Shown here in pieces: positions 59,262-64,000 of a stretch of 64,000 bases of DNA; position 1 is the first letter of the stretch; each line of letters starts with the position of its first letter. The translations under genes and the position numbers were made by a program. This DNA is from Nitrosopumilaceae archaeon (GTDB taxonomy: Archaea > Thermoproteota > Nitrososphaeria > Nitrososphaerales > Nitrosopumilaceae): contig CBDCCK010000002.1 in NCBI GenBank assembly GCA_965214835.1, forward strand, positions 1 through 64,000, written 5' to 3'. A model generated the notes under the pieces. That model searched no databases. It was not told the origin of the DNA and saw nothing but the letters and a program-made list of their open reading frames with translations.

Positions 59262-62165
59262 TTATGCGCCTCTTGGATGACTGCCCTGATGGCGCCTGTC
59301 TGAGCGACACTCCTTACACCACGACTGCGGCCGGGTTATGCCGCTTGTGCGCCTGAATCCGAAGGCCGACATGATCTCCTTTCTGCCAGACGCATGTGCA
59401 CCGCATGACGGACAGGTGGCAACTTGTTTTGGAGCTCCACCCGTGGATTCGGACTGCTTGCTATCCGAGCCAGCCCCGTCCAGTACATCCTTCAACCCCG
59501 CACTATTCCGCACCATCCCACAGTTCACCCATGCCCCATATCCACCATCATTATTCACTGCATCCACCCATTCGTCCAGTGCCTTTTGCTTCCTGCCGGC
59601 CTCCTCCTCTTCGGCACCCTTTACCTCAATCACGGCGGTGACTCCGTTGTCAAGCACGGCCAGAAAGTCCGGATAATAGTCGTGCCACGCGCCTTCAAAA
59701 TGGTATGGTATCCGAAATCCCAGATGTTGATCGTTTTTTACCCACGCCCGCACCAGTGAATTGCGCTCAAACTCGCGCATGGCATCCTTTTCCGGTTCAG
59801 TGTCATACACGCCCACGTTCAGGTGGCACTTTGACACGTCGTCCTCCGGCAACCATCTGCGCCGGGAGTACCATCGCGGCATGGTCTTGGTGGACTTGAC
59901 AGGGTGCGCCGGATCGTCCGGCTTGAAATACGTGCTAGTCGTTTTTTCATATTGGATGCACCCTACCACGTGTTCCACTATGTCGTTTATTTTGGCCTTG
60001 AGTGAACGGGCATATTTTTCCTTCTCGGATCTGTGCACTCCGGCAACCGTGATGCCGCTGCCGCTGACATAGCCCTCAACGGCCCGTATGAGATCTGTGA
60101 TTCTGGCCGGATTCATAGTGCCTGGCCAGATCCTTTTACCCACGTCTAACGAGATCCGAAATACAAGCTCCTGCAGGCGCATTCCATCCACCTTAAGCTC
60201 GGTCTCCGGGCCGATATGCTTGCCTGAAATCAACTGCGCAACTGTCACGCTGGTTGCTATATCGCCACCCTGAATCTCGATGGGAGAGATGCTCACAGGG
60301 CCGAGCCTTTCGCGGTGCTCCATCTTTACCGATCCATCGGGCCAGCCGATCTCATACTCTGACTTGGAGTCTTCCGGATACACGGCGGTCACCGGCTGGC
60401 TGGTCGTCTCACCGGCGTCGTCGCTCCCTTCATGCGGCATGAACGAGAACGGTATTCCGAACACGTTGACGTATTCTGGCAGCAGCAGTCCGGTATCGCA
60501 GTCCACCTCGTACGAGTTGCGGCGCAGACCCCGGCCCACCACCTGCTCACACAGCAGCTGGCTCTCAAACGCCCTGAGGCCCATTATGTGGGTGACGTTG
60601 TGGGCGTCCCACCCCTCCGTAAGCATGTTTACCGATACCACGTGGGTAACGTCCTGTCCGGGCTCGCCTTCCTTGCCGACGGTGTCTATCTTGGTGCGCA
60701 GCTCCCGCGAGCCGTCGTCATCCTTGCTGTCCAGCGCCATCGAGTCTATCTTTTCCATGCCTCCTGCAAGATCCCCGAACCGTCCGCTGTTGGCATTAAA
60801 GTGGTTTACTATCCGGCTGGCAGACTTTGTGTTGTTGCACACCGTTATCATGACGGGCGGTATTGCATACTTGCTGTCCCTCCAGTCTTGCAGCGTCCTT
60901 TTCCAGTCATCGCCCAGGATCTCGTACGCGTCGGAGACCAGCTGGGGGAGAGGATCCGACTCGTTACGCCTCATCCCAAAGTCCCCCCTTACCTGTGGGA
61001 ATATGTGGTGGAACCGGGACGCGCCGTCGTCACCGGTGATGCCACTGTCGTCATACTTTGGCGTCTTTGGCGTCTTTACCAGCCCCGATTCTATGGCGTC
61101 CTCCAGGGAAAAGTCCGAGATCACCCACTTGAACCGCTCCACCTCGCTTACAGAGTGTCCGGTTGGCCGGAACGGCGTGGCCGAAAAATCATAACATGTC
61201 ATGATGCCGCGATCCTGGTGTATCCTGTCCAGGCCCTCCATCCACCGGGTGGCACGCTCCATCTCGTCCTTCGCGTCCTTGCCTGTCCTGCCGACATCGC
61301 CATCTGCCACCGGCCGCCAGGCGTGGTGGGCCTCGTCGTTTATTACCAGTATGTTGCGCGATGTATGGCCCAGCACGTCCTTGGAGAACTTGATGTCAGA
61401 TACGGGAATGTCGCGCATGACGCGCGAGGCCTGTCCTGCCGGCTTTTTCTGTTCGGCCATGTTCATCAGAACGTGCCAGTTGTGTGTGACTATCCTGGCC
61501 CTGTTGAGGGCTTCAAGTCCGTTTCTGTCAACGATTGCAAACTTTTCATAATAGTTATTCGGGTTGCTCGGATCAAGGACTGCCAGCCTCCTCCTGACAG
61601 ATATGCTGGGCGCCACGATCAGTACGTTTCTGGTAAAGCCTGCGCCCCGGTCGTTAAGGTGGTTTAGGACCTGCCAGGCAATCAGCATGGCCATGACAAC
61701 TGTCTTGCCGGTGCCCGTTGCCATCTTGCAGCAGAGCCTTTTGAAACCGCTTCCGTCCCCCTCCAGTTTACGGATGAGGGCGTCGTTTCTACCTATTTCA
61801 TGCGCCCAGATTATCGTCTCTATGGCCTCCAGCTGACAGTAAAAGAGTCGGCTGTCTGGACTGCGCATGCTGACATCCCTCCAGCGCTTCAGCAGTCTTC
61901 GGGTGGTGCCGGTGGCTCCCTCATATCCGCACATCCTCCACTCGGACACCTTTTTTCTTATCCTGTTGATGTGCGGTATCTCCTCAAAGAATCCGGCGTC
62001 ATCCCCCCTTCTGCTTCCATCAGTGGCCCTGGTGTATCCAGCAGGGCGCCTGCCGTTCATTTTTTCATACCGCCCAAGATGCGGGTTGAACCGCCAGTAC
62101 ATGTCCGGCTCCTTGTACGGACTGCATATTATCAGCTTCTTGATCGGCTTTACAGGCTCACTCAA
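59262..62165 (-). CDS. res: Type III restriction endonuclease Res subunit
   Basis: MATGTGKT, DEAHH, SAT, EGWD, EQVVGRGLR, YYPDF..IEVKG. Confidence 0.9.
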   Translation of the reverse strand: MSEPVKPIKKLIICSPYKEPDMYWRFNPHLGRYEKMNGRRPAGYTRATDGSRRGDDAGFFEEIPHINRIRKKVSEWRMCGYEGATGTTRRLLKRWRDVSMRSPDSRLFYCQLEAIETIIWAHEIGRNDALIRKLEGDGSGFKRLCCKMATGTGKTVVMAMLIAWQVLNHLNDRGAGFTRNVLIVAPSISVRRRLAVLDPSNPNNYYEKFAIVDRNGLEALNRARIVTHNWHVLMNMAEQKKPAGQASRVMRDIPVSDIKFSKDVLGHTSRNILVINDEAHHAWRPVADGDVGRTGKDAKDEMERATRWMEGLDRIHQDRGIMTCYDFSATPFRPTGHSVSEVERFKWVISDFSLEDAIESGLVKTPKTPKYDDSGITGDDGASRFHHIFPQVRGDFGMRRNESDPLPQLVSDAYEILGDDWKRTLQDWRDSKYAIPPVMITVCNNTKSASRIVNHFNANSGRFGDLAGGMEKIDSMALDSKDDDGSRELRTKIDTVGKEGEPGQDVTHVVSVNMLTEGWDAHNVTHIMGLRAFESQLLCEQVVGRGLRRNSYEVDCDTGLLLPEYVNVFGIPFSFMPHEGSDDAGETTSQPVTAVYPEDSKSEYEIGWPDGSVKMEHRERLGPVSISPIEIQGGDIATSVTVAQLISGKHIGPETELKVDGMRLQELVFRISLDVGKRIWPGTMNPARITDLIRAVEGYVSGSGITVAGVHRSEKEKYARSLKAKINDIVEHVVGCIQYEKTTSTYFKPDDPAHPVKSTKTMPRWYSRRRWLPEDDVSKCHLNVGVYDTEPEKDAMREFERNSLVRAWVKNDQHLGFRIPYHFEGAWHDYYPDFLAVLDNGVTAVIEVKGAEEEEAGRKQKALDEWVDAVNNDGGYGAWVNCGMVRNSAGLKDVLDGAGSDSKQSESTGGAPKQVATCPSCGAHASGRKEIMSAFGFRRTSGITRPQSWCKECRSDRRHQGSHPRGA

Positions 62166-64000
62166 CGTCCAGTACCCTCATGGTCTCGCGCCCGGCCCAG
62201 TCAATCACCTTTACGGCGATCCTTTTTGATCCGCCGGCGCCGCCCTTTGCCGGGCTGAACGGCAGCGACCGTGTCTGCATGTGCGCCTCCAGCCTGTCGG
62301 CGTTTATGACGGCCTTGAGATCCTTCAGCATGCTACGGTACAGCCTGTCCCCAGAGCTTCCCTGTATGGGAAAGAAGACCTGCCGCGGGTACATGCAGCG
62401 GCCGTCATAATCCGTATCAAGAGACCACATGGCTATGCGGTCCGTGTTTCCAGAATCCATCTTCCCCGTGTTAGGATCCATATAGTCAAACCCCCTGACC
62501 TCCACGACGCATGTGCCATCATCTGCCATTTCCAGTTCCACATCAGGCTGCCCGATCATCCAAAAGGTGGCAGACTTTGGGGATTTGGGAGACTTGAGGT
62601 CATGGTTCATCAGATCCTTGTTTATGTCCACCATGTAGAACTTTTCCGTTATTCCCCTGTTGCCGTTCAGTGTGGATATCTCGTCATGCACGGCGGGATC
62701 AAACTGCATCGCGGCAAAGATCACAATGTCGAATTTTTCTCCCAGCTGTCTGATTTCTTCGCACACGGACTGGATCTGCCTGGTATCCATCGTGCCGTAT
62801 TCCGGCCCAAACGAGACGGCTGCCCTCTTGGAGTCGGCAGTCACGCCTGAGGCATGGATCCATTTTGACGTGGGGTGAGGTGCCATGCTCTCAAACTTTA
62901 TTCTGACCCTTCCGGATATGCCTGCGTGCCGGAGTGCCGTACGCCAGTTGTCCTGAAAGGCTTTTCCTGATAACCTGTTGTCTTCTTGGTTCTCCCTTGC
63001 ATGTATGACGTCAAGCGACTCCACGGATGGCGGCGAGGCCGACTCTACAGTAAACGGTCCGGACACCCTCTTCTTGGCTTTGTCGACAAGCGGCTTGTCG
63101 TAGAGTGTCTCCTGCCTGTGCTCGGACTCGCCGTCTGGATCCTCATCCCCTGCACCCTCATCGGCAACACCCGCTACCGATTTTTTGGTCTTTCTTTCCA
63201 CGGTATCGTACTGGAATCCCCCACATACGCCGTCCTCGTCTGACTTTAGCTTGTAATAATCAAAGACTGCCGACATCAGACGCATCCGCGCAAGGAAGAT
63301 TGCAACCTGTGAGGTGTCCATCGTGATCCACCTGCGTCCGAGCCTCTCTGCCACGAACGCGGTAGTCCCGGATCCGCAGGTGGGATCCAGAACCAGATCA
63401 CCGGGATTCGTGGCCATCAGCATGCACCTCTGCACCACCTTGGACTTGGTCTGTACGACATAGATCTTCTCGGAGGTAAAACCGCCAGCGGTGTCTGTCC
63501 AGACGTTGGTGAACTTTGTCAATGGGAAATCATCGTAATAGAGTTTGTAGCGCAACCTTTTTCCGCTGGGGACAAGACGGCCTTTTTCTGCCAGTGCATC
63601 CATGACTCTGGTAGATACCCTCCACTGCCCGTCACTTGGGGGATTGTACTCCTTACCTTGGAATGTGTATGGCACGGTTCTCGTCTCACTATAATGAGCT
63701 GAATCCATACGATCTAGGTTAAACTGTCTTGCATTCGGATATTGGTCGCGTTTGGAGACTGAAACATGTTTGCCATTACCAATGTCAAGTTTGTCAAATG
63801 TCTTGTCTCTTTCTTCAGGCGTTCTCGCTCGAAACAGGTTGTTGCTCTTAAACAAGCGTTTGTCCTTTGCGTACCATAACAGAATGTCAAACACGCTGGA
63901 AAGGTGTTCCGACGTGCTCTGCGTCGTCTTCTGGAAGCTTATCTGCGATACGAAGTTACCTGCCCCGAATACCTCGTCGAGGATCTCCCTTACGTGGTGC
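62158..64000 (-). CDS. mod: Type III RM methyltransferase Mod subunit (5' end outside window)
   Basis: TNPGDLVLDPTCGSGTT, GPFTVES; overlaps res. Confidence 0.9.
   Translation of the reverse strand, partial: HHVREILDEVFGAGNFVSQISFQKTTQSTSEHLSSVFDILLWYAKDKRLFKSNNLFRARTPEERDKTFDKLDIGNGKHVSVSKRDQYPNARQFNLDRMDSAHYSETRTVPYTFQGKEYNPPSDGQWRVSTRVMDALAEKGRLVPSGKRLRYKLYYDDFPLTKFTNVWTDTAGGFTSEKIYVVQTKSKVVQRCMLMATNPGDLVLDPTCGSGTTAFVAERLGRRWITMDTSQVAIFLARMRLMSAVFDYYKLKSDEDGVCGGFQYDTVERKTKKSVAGVADEGAGDEDPDGESEHRQETLYDKPLVDKAKKRVSGPFTVESASPPSVESLDVIHARENQEDNRLSGKAFQDNWRTALRHAGISGRVRIKFESMAPHPTSKWIHASGVTADSKRAAVSFGPEYGTMDTRQIQSVCEEIRQLGEKFDIVIFAAMQFDPAVHDEISTLNGNRGITEKFYMVDINKDLMNHDLKSPKSPKSATFWMIGQPDVELEMADDGTCVVEVRGFDYMDPNTGKMDSGNTDRIAMWSLDTDYDGRCMYPRQVFFPIQGSSGDRLYRSMLKDLKAVINADRLEAHMQTRSLPFSPAKGGAGGSKRIAVKVIDWAGRETMRVLDVE

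Overview
Archaeal window. Gene content (rpl15e, CFI-box-CTERM and IPxWIK surface proteins, a Kazal protein) points to a Nitrosopumilaceae-type thaumarchaeote, possibly host-associated. 1-23 kb: housekeeping and surface genes peppered with IS66, IS1595, IS3 and IS481 elements and three families of short MITEs. It also holds a truncated GC-rich rad50 beside a complete AT-rich nurA-herA-mre11-rad50 operon. About 23.6-46.7 kb: a GC-rich integrated element with no recognisable capsid or conjugation genes. It carries a tyrosine integrase and one co-oriented replication/transcription operon: class II RNR, two TFB-like genes, a PolB with non-canonical motif B and ExoII residues, a ParB-MT-A70 fusion, two D5-like helicases, an XPD/DinG helicase, PriL, many tiny Zn-finger genes and a RusA-like nuclease. 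Inside the operon is a 1.7-kb bipartite array: 22 near-invariant palindromes with roughly helically phased variable spacers, then 10 TGTTCCAAAGTTCCA repeats. Both motifs recur at the element's right end. 47-64 kb: a defence-rich region (type IIG-like MTase plus PLD-SNF2 helicase; type III RM). All calls come from reading motifs by eye; no database searches were run.
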